This document shows, one piece after another, positions 42,201 to 50,401 of a stretch of 64,000 bases of DNA. Position numbers and translations under genes: made by a program. The DNA is from Candidatus Latescibacterota bacterium (GTDB taxonomy: Bacteria; Latescibacterota; UBA2968; UBA8231), in the NCBI GenBank assembly GCA_965200315.1, contig OZ241362.1, positions 3,424,001 to 3,488,000 of the forward strand, read 5' to 3'. Position 1 is the stretch's first letter; the number at the start of each line of letters is the position of its first letter. The notes below the pieces were generated by a model, which had not been told where the DNA came from, did not search any database, and worked only from the letters and a program-made list of their open reading frames with translations.

Positions 42201-43121
42201 TTGCAGCAACTGACCCAACACCTCGAACAGCGCGACACTCCTGTCGAACTCGACGCTTGGAAAAAGGCAGCCCAACAGTGGGAACGGGAAGGGATCACTA
42301 CGTGGGATTTCGGCGACTTGCCCGAACGAATAGAAGTGACCCAAGCGGGCGGGGTGCCGCTCTATGGCTGGCCCGGCCTCCGCCGCGACGAAGGCGGCGT
42401 GTCGCTGCGGCTCTACAAGAGTCGCGCCGAAGCCGAAGCCCGCTCGCGGGAGGGGTTCTTGGGCCTTTGTGCTCTCGCGCTCCGCGACGAGCTAGCGTGG
42501 CTCCGGCGCGAGCTCCAAGAGCTGGCGCAATTCAAGACGCGCTATCAAGGCAGTTCCCTAGAACTGCGCACCCAAGCATTTGAACATCTCGAGCGCTATC
42601 TCTTCCACCGCGAGCAAATTCTACCCCTGCGCCAAGAGGATTTCGACGCCGTGCTAGTGCAGGCCAAGCAGCGGATGCGCGGCTTGGCCCCGCGCTTCAT
42701 TTCTTTGGTCGACAGCTTGCTCGAAGCCCGCCGCGAAATTCGCCTCTCAGGCCGGTCCTATCGCGGGCTGGACGCGGACTTGGAGCGACTGCTGCCAGAC
42801 GACTTCCTCGCTCGCGTCCCCTTCCACCGTCTCAGCCACTTAATCCGCTACCTAAAAGCCGTTGAGGTGCGCACCGAACGCGCCGCGACCGATCCGCGCA
42901 AGGACGCGCAGAAGGCCGGGTTGATCGAGGTATACCAAAGCGAGTTGGAAAAGCTCGCTAGGGAAACCAATTCGCCCGAGCGGGAGGCCCAAATCGAGGA
43001 ATTGCGCTGGATGCTGGAGGAATATCGCGTCTCGGTCTTCGCCCAAGAGCTGGGCACCGCCCACCCGATTTCCCCCAAGCGGCTCGACAAGAAGGTTGAG
43101 CAGATTCGTCAAATCCGGTGA
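39243..43121 (+). CDS. hrpA: ATP-dependent RNA helicase HrpA
   Basis: GETGSGKST, DEAH, SAT and QREGRCGR motifs; C-terminal WMLEEYRVSVFAQ. Confidence 0.95.
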   Translation: MSETPTKLHPITALKTLLPQCMLQDRVRIERRLNRRRLNSEEIERLLGQARSSARLHKRRRTNRPIPTYPPALPISDRRDEILAAIKAHPVVIVAGETGSGKSTQLPKICLEAGRGEAARIAVTQPRRVAALSIARRIAEELRVSYGRDVGCKIRFRDQTAPESYIKVMTDGMLLAETQTDPDLLEYDTIIVDEAHERSLNIDFLLGYLRLLRRKRPDLKIVITSATIDTETFSKAFDDAPVIEVSGRMFAVEVRYWPLDEILQDRGDYTYLDAAASAVDEILRTSREGDLLVFLPSERDIRETRERLEGRKLRGVEVLPLFGRLTAGEQQRVFAPRERRRVVLATNIAETSLTIPRIRYVVDTGLARLSRYNPRTHTQRLPIEPISQSSARQREGRCGRVADGVCIRLYSEQDFLSRPEYTQPEIQRANLAEVILRMINLKLGDVEAFPFIDPPAKAAIAGGFQLLSQLNALDENRALTPTGRAMARLPIDPTVSRMLLQAREEQALSEVLVIAAAISIQDPRERPLEEQDAADQMHRQFHDKNSDFLGYLNIWNAYHKQVERASQNQLRKFCKAHYLSYMRMREWRDIHAQLREALNEIRGFRFNSTPAEYDAIHRSVLTGLLSSVARQEEGNVYQATRNREAMIFPGSGLFRPNKGQKPGEGGPPDWLVAAEIVETSRLFARTVARVQPEWLAELGSHLCRVSYDQPYFNPRSGRVLVREKRTLYGLEVLSRRIPYSRINAREATDIFIREALVPGAVHTPHKFLAHNIRLCQKIETWQTRARGWADVHVEEAAARFYAQHLDDVSSLPDLNRFLKDKADDFLLMQEEDLLGTTRADFDQQAFPDALDLDGKKLALSYAYRPGQDEDGITVKVPYKLAHAVDPEVLEWLVPGLREEKITVLLRSLPKSIRKQLVPIPAKAQRIAAVLKPTHPTFLESLQDHIRQHYHIQIQASDWNADALPDHLKMRVDIQGTNEQSVAAGRDLQQLTQHLEQRDTPVELDAWKKAAQQWEREGITTWDFGDLPERIEVTQAGGVPLYGWPGLRRDEGGVSLRLYKSRAEAEARSREGFLGLCALALRDELAWLRRELQELAQFKTRYQGSSLELRTQAFEHLERYLFHREQILPLRQEDFDAVLVQAKQRMRGLAPRFISLVDSLLEARREIRLSGRSYRGLDADLERLLPDDFLARVPFHRLSHLIRYLKAVEVRTERAATDPRKDAQKAGLIEVYQSELEKLARETNSPEREAQIEELRWMLEEYRVSVFAQELGTAHPISPKRLDKKVEQIRQIR

Positions 43122-43248
43122 TCCGCGCCCTGATCTTCGATCTTTGCTTCGGCATAGTAAAGTTGGAAGGAATCCAGCGTGTACCAACGCCGACAGACCG
43201 CTGACATACGAACCGCTCACCAGTCAATTGGCCACGAGGAAGGGATGG

Positions 43249-43281
43249 GGTGCGGTGTGGCGGTGTGGCGGTGTGGCGGTG
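43249..43281. repeat. 8-bp tandem repeat (GCGGTGTG)
   Basis: Three full copies plus a partial copy. Confidence 0.8.
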
Positions 43282-43298
43282 CCAGCGCGTACAGCCCG

Positions 43299-43540
43299 CG
43301 CCGGAGCTTGGGTGCGCGGGCGTCGCGCCCGCTGCGCAACGCGGTCGGCCGGGCACTTGCAGACGGCTGCGGCCAAGAGCAGGCCAGTTTCAAACACCGG
43401 CTCATCGGCCACGATGGCGAGCAATTGATCGAATTTCACCGCAATAAATTGCCTTTTGAGCCTGTCGCCGGAGCTTGGGTGCGCGGGCGTCGCGCCCGCT
43501 GCACAACGCGGTCGGCCGGGCACTTGCAGACGGCTGCGGC
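43299..43540. repeat. 75-bp direct repeat x2 containing a REP hairpin, with a 92-bp spacer
   Basis: 43299-43373 and 43466-43540 differ at one base; core is GGGTGCGCGGGCGTCGCGCCCGC. Confidence 0.9.
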
Positions 43541-43571
43541 AAGAACCGATCCGCTCCATGGGAGCCGACCG

Positions 43572-45895
43572 CTATAGCGGGTTCAAACACTGCGTTGTCT
43601 CCGCCCGGTCGCCTATCTCCTGCCAATCCCACAACTGCGGTATAAATTCCACATCGGCCCAAAGCCGGGCTTGGTCGGCGTAGTGCGGGCTAGCCGGGTG
43701 GCCAGAGGCCCCCAGCGGCGCGATCCAGCGCGACCGGGTCCAGTCAGACGGGTCGAAGATATAGCGGTTGACCGAAAGGCCCGTAACTGTGAAGTCGTCG
43801 AAGGCATAGCTGCCGGCCAGAGGCGTGTCGCCATCGCCGTGGACGGGAAGCGACGGGGGGTCGAACAAGGAAGCGGCTGCGGGGAAAACCGCCGAGAGCG
43901 GATGCTGAGGCTGGATGCGGTGCAAGCGGCCCCAACGCCATTGGCCCATGTCCTTGCCGAGAGCTTCTTTGAGCGCGGCGAGCGCGCCAGTCAGGGCCTC
44001 AGTCAGGGCTTGGGACCACGTTTGGCCGGGCGGCAGCAGCGCCGTGTCGCCGCGCTCGATAGCGAGGGTTGCTTCGAGGTGTATAAGACGCCAGTGGGCG
44101 TCGCCGCCAGCCTCTGCGAGCAAGGTCAAGGCGTCGCCGCCGAACAGGTTTTGCGCAATGTGGTAGCCAAGCAGGGCGCGAGTTTGGGCATAGATCGCCG
44201 GCTGGACTTGGTCGCGGTCCATCCGGCAGTCCCATTGGCTCAGCAGGTTGAGGGCTTGGGCGCAGTCGGCGTCGGGTGGCTCGATGGCGAGCAAGGCCCG
44301 CGTAAAAACCTCGGCCGGCAGCGAGACGCGTTCGGCGTGGATGCGGCCCATAGCCTCGGGCGTGGCCGTGCCCTTTGCTAGTTCGCGGATGCGGGTCTGG
44401 ATGCGGCGGGCTCGGTAGTCCGGGCTAAAGACAAGCCCGACATAGTAGGGATAATCCGTGCCGGTCACGCGCTGGTTGCAGGTGATGGCATAGCCTGTTG
44501 CCGGGTCTATGGCTTTGGGCAACTCGGCGTGGGGGATGTAGCCCTGCCATTCGTGCTCGCCGCTCCAGCCGGGGACGGCGCACCAGCCGTTGGCGGCCTC
44601 GCGCACCGGGATCCGGCCCGCGTGTAGATAGCCGAAGCAGCCGTGGACATCGGCGACAGCGTAGTTGTTGACGCGGTCGGTCCAGCGGGCGAAGGCTTGG
44701 TGCAAGTCCGCGACCGAGCGGGCGCGCATGGCATCGCGGGCCGCATCGGCCCAAGGGGTTCCCTCGATGAGGCCGGGGTCGCTGATAGCGATGGCTTGGC
44801 CCTTGCGCGGGTCGCCAGCAATGATAGGCCCGTGGTGGGTAATGACGACCTCGGAGGTGACGGATGCCGCGCCGCGGACGTGAATTTCTTCCCGCAGGAT
44901 TTCCGCGGGTCGCCACGCGCCGCTGAATTCGTACTCCAAGCCGTCGGCCGTTTCGCGGAAGCGCTCGACGAACAAATCTTGAGTATCGGCACTGCCGTAG
45001 GTCATGCCCCAAGCCACGTATTCGTTGTGGCAAAAGTGCAAGGTGCCGGGGAGCCGGGGACCGAATAGCCGCTGACGGCGAAGTCGGGGCAGGCGAGGTG
45101 GACTTGGTAATAGACGGAAGGAGTGTCGAGGGCGCGATGCGAGTCGCCGGCCACCAGCGGCAAGCCCGAATCCGTGTACGCACCCGCGATGGACCACGCA
45201 TTGGAGCCGGGGTCGGTTTCGCGGCAGAGAGCGGCGAGGCCATCGAGAGGTTCTCCTTGGTACTCGGTGCCGGGGGGCACGGTGAGCAGGTGGCCTTGGG
45301 GATAGCCTTTGATGAGCCGAGCGAGGTTTGCGGCCACAATACTGTGGCCGGACTGCTCAGGGCCGACGGCTTGGGCCAGACGGGTGCGCCAGAGCTTGGA
45401 TTCAAAGGTGCCGAGCAGGCTATTGCGCATCTTGTACACGGCGAGGCAGTGCCAGCTTTCCCACGGCTCGGGCTGCTGGCCGAGGAGTTGGTATTCGACG
45501 GGTAGGGCCGTTGTCGTCGCCAAAAAGGCGTTGACGCCCGCGGCGTATGCGTCGAACATGGCGCGGGCTTGGGGGCTGGACGCTTCGTAGTCCAACTTAG
45601 CAGTGCGGCCCATGCCGGCGGCGCGCAGGAGGCGGTCGCGGCCCAGCCCGGCGGGGCCGGCCCATTCGGCCCAGCGGCCTAGGGCTTGGTGGCGATCGAA
45701 GTCCATCTGCCACAGGCGGTCTTGGGCGGTGGCGAAGCCTTGGGCGAAAAACAGGTCGGCTTCCGATTCAGCTTGGATATGGGGGATTCCCCAAGGGTCG
45801 CGGTGGATGGTGACGGTTTTTTCAAGGCCCGCGCAATACTGGGTGCTTTCGAGATCGGGGAGGGCCGCTTGGAGGTCTTTGGCAGTGATAGGCAT
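43572..45895 (-). pseudogene. Penicillin acylase (Ntn hydrolase) family gene with a single frameshift
   Basis: The first frame has RDPWGIPHI, AQDRLWQMD and GSNAW. The second has HFCHNEYVAWG, THHGP and GASGHPASPHY. The frame changes at ~45051, where VPG-FPG lacks one T. Confidence 0.85.
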
Positions 45896-45952
45896 GGCGT
45901 TCCTCGTGTGGGTTGGTTCAGGGTATTCTGCAAGGCAAATGCGTTTGCCGCA
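45843..45952. repeat. 110-bp direct repeat, copy 1 (acylase 5' end plus upstream sequence)
   Basis: Identical to 48447-48556 except for one synonymous substitution. Confidence 0.95.
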
Positions 45953-45980
45953 AGGCACATCCGTAGCTTTGTCTCCGAGC

Positions 45981-46094
45981 CTAAGTACCCGACAGTAGGG
46001 CCGTCTCTGGGTGCGCGGGCGTCTCGCCCGCATGGCCGGGCCGAGGTCCGCACTCATAGAGGGGATACATGCACAGGAAGTGTCGCGTACTTAG
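45981..46094. mobile_element. 114-bp MITE with TIRs and 8-bp target-site duplication
   Basis: TIRs CTAAGTACCCGACA / TGTCGCGTACTTAG match at 13/14. CTCCGAGC flanks both sides (45973-45980, 46095-46102). It carries an internal REP hairpin. Confidence 0.85.
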
Positions 46095-46447
46095 CTCCGA
46101 GCCCCCGACTCTTATATGCGTTCATCATCTTGACAAAATCCAAAAAATTGGGGTTTGTCTGATACGGCTCCTTAACGTGCTGGAGGGCTACATGACCAAG
46201 ACATAGCAGGCGATCGGCCCCGTAGCCACCGCGGCCAACGACTGCGCTGCAGCAGACTTGCGACTTATTTTTACCGAATCCCGCCACAGTATGCCTCTGT
46301 ATTCGTCTCTATCGGTCTGAAAAACGGCTAGAGGGCTGTTGCGAGCCGGGCTTTAGCTTGAGCGGTCTCGCTCAGGTGCTGTGGTCGCCCGACAAACGGC
46401 TTCCGGTGCTGGAGGGTAATTGGCTATGAAATCGAGAGACATCGGCT

Positions 46448-47485
46448 ATGAAGCGTTTTTGGTCCACTTACGAGTTCACTCTCCGTCAGGAACGGCGGCG
46501 GCGAAAATTCGACCAGCGACGGCGCCATGTACAGGAACGGCAAACGGCGTTGCGGAAGCGACCTCCGAGACTCCGATCAACACGCTCTCGTCAACAAGAA
46601 TCATCGCTGCCAGCACCCGAAGCACTCAGTCTTTTCGACGAACCTGACAAGACTCTCGAGTACTGCAACACATTACGGGGGCATCTTAACCAACGGGGCA
46701 CCAAGATCTTTCTTGACCTTGGCGATGTCCAACATTTCACCAGTGATGCGCTCCTTCTGATTCGAGCAATTATAGCCTCCAGTGTCCATCACAATCAGGT
46801 CAGCGGAAATTTACCACGGGATCCAGCTATAGCCTCCGAATTCAAAGCATCTGGTTTCTTCGCCGGCTTTGCCAAGCCACCGGCTAACCTTCCTCCTGCA
46901 AAAGGACTGATATTAAAAAAATCAAGCGACAAGGTGCTAGCGGAAATGGCTGCGGAATTAGTCGACTTCGTAAAGAAACACGTACCCATCACCAAGGAAT
47001 GCGCTAATGCCTGTTCCCAGACTCTTGTCGAGGTCATGACAAACACTCACAATCACGCGGGAGGCATGAAACCTGTAGGACGTCAGAAGCGACGTTTTCC
47101 CCAAAAATGGTTCGTCAGCGTCTATTGCCGAGATCAGACTGCTTACTTCAGCTTTATAGATCTTGGTATTGGTATTCTAGAGAGCGCACCAGCAAGAAAC
47201 ATACTGCAAAGAGCTGGGGCTTCGCTTTCCTCGTATGGACGAATCAGTTTACTAGAAGACGCCTTCAAGGGGCGCATCGGATCTGCTACAGGTAAACCCG
47301 GCAGGGGACTCGGACTGCCTAGGATGAAACAGGATGCGGAGAGCGGCATGTTATCGGACCTTCAAGTATTGACATCTGACATCGTCGGATCTGTTGCTTC
47401 TCTTGACTTCAGAACAGTCGCCCATTCTTTGCGCGGCACAATGTTTCGTTGGCGCGCCCTTCACAAGGAGTCGAGCAATGATTGA
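46448..47485 (+). CDS. STAS-like + GHKL (anti-sigma-factor-type) ATPase/kinase
   Basis: IFLDLGDVQHFTSDAL STAS-like segment; N-box EVMTNTHNH, G1 DLGIGI, G2 GRGLGL and LRGT. The N-terminus is Arg-rich and there is no HisKA domain. Confidence 0.8.
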   Translation: MKRFWSTYEFTLRQERRRRKFDQRRRHVQERQTALRKRPPRLRSTRSRQQESSLPAPEALSLFDEPDKTLEYCNTLRGHLNQRGTKIFLDLGDVQHFTSDALLLIRAIIASSVHHNQVSGNLPRDPAIASEFKASGFFAGFAKPPANLPPAKGLILKKSSDKVLAEMAAELVDFVKKHVPITKECANACSQTLVEVMTNTHNHAGGMKPVGRQKRRFPQKWFVSVYCRDQTAYFSFIDLGIGILESAPARNILQRAGASLSSYGRISLLEDAFKGRIGSATGKPGRGLGLPRMKQDAESGMLSDLQVLTSDIVGSVASLDFRTVAHSLRGTMFRWRALHKESSND

Positions 47486-47831
47486 AATCAATATCGCCAA
47501 AGACTTCACGACACTACCAGGTCCACGATACAAGGAACAGGGGCCTGGATCCGGCCAGCAATTCCTAGAAAAACATCTAAGGCCTGCGTTCCTGAGGGCG
47601 AAAGAGACCAAAGAGCAGGTGACCATTCAACTCGATGGCGTCAAATACGGTTATCCCACGTCGTTTCTTGAAGAAGCGTTCGGCGGACTCGCCAGAGAGT
47701 TCGGGATAGAGGAGGTTCAGAGTTTTCTACGCTTCGAATCGGCAGCTGAACCGATGCTCGATTTCGAGATTCGCCACTACATCAAGCATGCCAACGACAC
47801 GCCAGGGACAAGCCCACGACCAGCGACATGA
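47478..47831 (+). CDS. Stand-alone STAS-like (DUF4325-type) protein
   Basis: IAKDF..PGPRY..G..SG..F and LDGV.GY.TSFLEEAFGGL motifs. AAGGAG RBS; start overlaps the upstream stop. Confidence 0.85.
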   Translation: MIEINIAKDFTTLPGPRYKEQGPGSGQQFLEKHLRPAFLRAKETKEQVTIQLDGVKYGYPTSFLEEAFGGLAREFGIEEVQSFLRFESAAEPMLDFEIRHYIKHANDTPGTSPRPAT

Positions 47832-48385
47832 GTAGCTTCAATATCCCCGCGATCATACTCAGTGCCCTCCTCGGCGCACTCGCCATGTCATTAGTGCGTG
47901 AACCCCAACTTCCGATTTCCGGCTTGATCAGCGCGACGGCAACCTTTGCCATCGGTTGGTGGATTCACAGGGCCGTGCGGCGCAGAGGAGAGCTTGACCG
48001 AATCCCGATCGATTACTTGTCGGATCTTAATCGCCGGATCAACGAGTTGATTTCGGCATGTCTGGGCCCTGCAAATGCAGAAGGCGAATCCAAACGCTTA
48101 GTGAATCTTACGCTGCTCTCCAATGAGATTCATTGGCTCCGCATCATTGCCAATAGGGTGCAACCCAAGCTGAGAGTGCAACCTAGGCTGAATCAGTTGG
48201 GAGACGAACTTGCCTCGCATTACGTGGACTTCAAGAGGCATCTGACCGAGAGCGATTCGGTCGATCTGGTAGCGGCCTCGAACGCCAGCCACGAGATACG
48301 GATGACCGCTCTGATGGTCCAATGGCGCATCTGCCGGCATATCCTCGATCGAAAAACAGACATCGACATCTTCACATCCCTTTGA
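47828..48385 (+). CDS. Hypothetical protein with two N-terminal TM helices
   Basis: ATGA overlap with the STAS gene. Hydrophobic segments at aa ~5-22 and ~29-47 are followed by a helical soluble region. Confidence 0.7.
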   Translation: MSSFNIPAIILSALLGALAMSLVREPQLPISGLISATATFAIGWWIHRAVRRRGELDRIPIDYLSDLNRRINELISACLGPANAEGESKRLVNLTLLSNEIHWLRIIANRVQPKLRVQPRLNQLGDELASHYVDFKRHLTESDSVDLVAASNASHEIRMTALMVQWRICRHILDRKTDIDIFTSL

Positions 48386-48446
48386 TGCTGAAACGCTAGC
48401 ACTCGTGTGGGTTGCGTTATTCTAGCGTCGCGGGCTAGAAAAAGGA

Positions 48447-48556
48447 GTGCTTTCGAGATCGGGGAGGGCCGCTTGGAGGTCTTTGGCAGTGATGGGCATG
48501 GCGTTCCTCGTGTGGGTTGGTTCAGGGTATTCTGCAAGGCAAATGCGTTTGCCGCA
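48447..48556. repeat. 110-bp direct repeat, copy 2
   Basis: Duplicate of 45843-45952. Confidence 0.95.
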
Positions 48557-48564
48557 GGCATACC

Positions 48565-48589
48565 TATTGAACTATTCTTTAGTTCAATA
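48565..48589 (+). promoter_or_regulatory. Probable vapBC autoregulatory operator
   Basis: Perfect inverted repeat TATTGAACTA-N5-TAGTTCAATA about 30 bp upstream of the antitoxin start. Confidence 0.65.
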
Positions 48590-48619
48590 TAGTTCACTTT
48601 ATAGTTCGGAGTTTATAAC

Positions 48620-48865
48620 ATGAAATCAATTACCATTCACGGAATGGACGATGAAATGGACCGGCAAATTAGGGAGAAAGCCGCAGCCGAGGGCAAGAGC
48701 CTGAACAAGACCATTAAAGGGTTGCTCAAACAGGCACTGGGAGGGCGGCGTTCGCGGCGAGAAGAATTTGTCGATCTCTTTGGTTGTTGGTCGGCAGCGG
48801 ATCTGGCCGAGTTTGAACAAGCGACAAAAGACCTTCGCCAGATTGATCCCGGCGACTGGAAATGA
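48620..48865 (+). CDS. vapB: Ribbon-helix-helix antitoxin (VapB/FitA-like)
   Basis: MKSITIHGMD..KAAAEGKSLN RHH pattern; ATGA-coupled to the PIN gene. Confidence 0.82.
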   Translation: MKSITIHGMDDEMDRQIREKAAAEGKSLNKTIKGLLKQALGGRRSRREEFVDLFGCWSAADLAEFEQATKDLRQIDPGDWK

Positions 48866-49254
48866 AGCGCATACTTCTCGACACCAATGCCTATACCGCA
48901 TTTCTAACTGGAGACGAGCGCGTACTGAATGCGCTAACTGAGGCAGAAACAGCGTTTTTATCCGCCATTGTCATTGGAGAATTGTACGCTGGCTTTTGCG
49001 GCGGCAATCGGCTCAAGGAAAACAAGGCTCTGCTAGCGCGTTTTTTGCAAAAGTTTAATGTGCGCGTCCTTGACGTCACCGCTGAAACCGGGGAAGTCTT
49101 CGGCCAAATCAAAAACGCGCTACAAGAGGCCGGAACGCCGATCCCGCTAAATGATGTATGGCTGGCGGCACAGGCCATGGAAACCGGCTCGGTTATCGTC
49201 TCCTTCGATGCGCACTTCGATCAAGTCAGCGGACTTAGACGCTGGACGCATTAG
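48862..49254 (+). CDS. vapC: VapC PIN-domain toxin
   Basis: ILLDTNAY, VIGEL, NDVWLAA and FDAHF motifs. Confidence 0.92.
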   Translation: MKRILLDTNAYTAFLTGDERVLNALTEAETAFLSAIVIGELYAGFCGGNRLKENKALLARFLQKFNVRVLDVTAETGEVFGQIKNALQEAGTPIPLNDVWLAAQAMETGSVIVSFDAHFDQVSGLRRWTH

Positions 49255-50401
49255 GCCGATCGTGGATCGGCCCGGGGTGGTCGCGGAGCGAGCCTCCCTG
49301 GCGGCCGGTGAGCGCGGCTTGGATTTCGCCGAGAATGGACAGAGCGATTTCCTCGGCTGCTTCCGCGCCGATGTCGAGGCCGACGGGGCTAAAGAGGCGT
49401 GCGGTCTGCTCATCGCTGGGCGCGATGTTTTCTTTTTTTAGATCGGCGAGCAGGCGCTGGGTGCGCTGATGCGGGCCGAGGACTCCCAAGTAGGCGAGAG
49501 GCGCGCCGAGTAAGTCCCGCAACAGAGCTTGATCCTGTAGATAGTTGTGGCTCATGATGACGGCACACGAGCGGTTGTCGAACTGAAGATCCGCGGGCAG
49601 ATGACCGGGCTGGGCGAGGAGGACTTGCCTAGCCCAAGGGAAGCGCTCGGCGCGAGCGTAAGCTGGCCGGTGGTCGGCGACGGTGACGCGCCAGCCGAGT
49701 TCGCTGGCTAGCTGGGCGAGAGGCACGGCGTCGTAGCCAGCGCCAAAGAGATAGAGGGCGATGGGGGGCAGCAGGGGTTCTATGAGGACGGCAGCCTTGC
49801 CGTGCGTCAGCTCGTAGTGGCGAGTATAGCCCGGGGCAATGGGAAGTCGGGTGGCATCGAGGGCCGCGAGGCTTTCGCTAGCGGCGTTGAGCGCAATCTC
49901 GCGCAGCTCCAAGTCGGCGATGTCGTCGCGGGCCTTTTCCCGCTCGTCGAGGATCAGATGCTGGCCCGGCGCAGCATGGGTTGCGCCCTCGGTAGCAAAG
50001 ACCGTGACGAGGACGCCGTGCTGATCCTCCAAGGCGCAGCCGTGCAAGAAGGTTGGATAGTGGAAAGGGCCGTCTTGGGGCAGGCACTCTAAGAGCACGT
50101 CCACCGTGCCGCTACAGCCCAGACCAGTGCCCCAGAGGATGTCGTCTTCCGAGGTGGCGTCGTAGTGGAGGAGACGGGGTTGGCCATCGGCGAAGACGGC
50201 TTGCGCGTTTTCGCGCACATCGCCTTCGAGGCAGCCGCCGCTGATGGTGCCCAAGCTCTGGAGATCGGCTTCGATGAGCATGCGGGTACCTGGGCCGCGA
50301 TAGACCGAGCCAGAGGTTTGGACGACCGTGGCCAAGACATAGGGCGCACCCGCCTCGTCGAGCACCCGGGCGCGGCCGAGGATCGTCTGCAAGTCTTTCA
50401 C
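49235..50401 (-). CDS. xdhC: XdhC/CoxF/CoxI family molybdoenzyme maturation factor
   Basis: GTISGGCLE, LGCSG, FGAGYDA and PVGLDIGA motifs. Confidence 0.9.
   Translation of the reverse strand: MKDLQTILGRARVLDEAGAPYVLATVVQTSGSVYRGPGTRMLIEADLQSLGTISGGCLEGDVRENAQAVFADGQPRLLHYDATSEDDILWGTGLGCSGTVDVLLECLPQDGPFHYPTFLHGCALEDQHGVLVTVFATEGATHAAPGQHLILDEREKARDDIADLELREIALNAASESLAALDATRLPIAPGYTRHYELTHGKAAVLIEPLLPPIALYLFGAGYDAVPLAQLASELGWRVTVADHRPAYARAERFPWARQVLLAQPGHLPADLQFDNRSCAVIMSHNYLQDQALLRDLLGAPLAYLGVLGPHQRTQRLLADLKKENIAPSDEQTARLFSPVGLDIGAEAAEEIALSILGEIQAALTGRQGGSLRDHPGPIHDRPNASSV

Noticed and set aside
39573-42583. Long alternative ORFs (431 aa antisense, 420 aa off-frame) within hrpA
   Set aside because: These are shadow ORFs typical of high-GC DNA, with no motifs, overlapping a clear gene.
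43299-43540. CRISPR array
   Set aside because: Only two units, the 75-bp repeat and 92-bp spacer are too long, and there are no cas genes.
46448-47485. Classical two-component histidine kinase
   Set aside because: No H-box/HisKA or sensor TM domain and no response regulator; the adjacent partner is a STAS protein.
45843-48556. Integron cassette or prophage att sites
   Set aside because: No attC-like structure, integrase or phage genes were seen.
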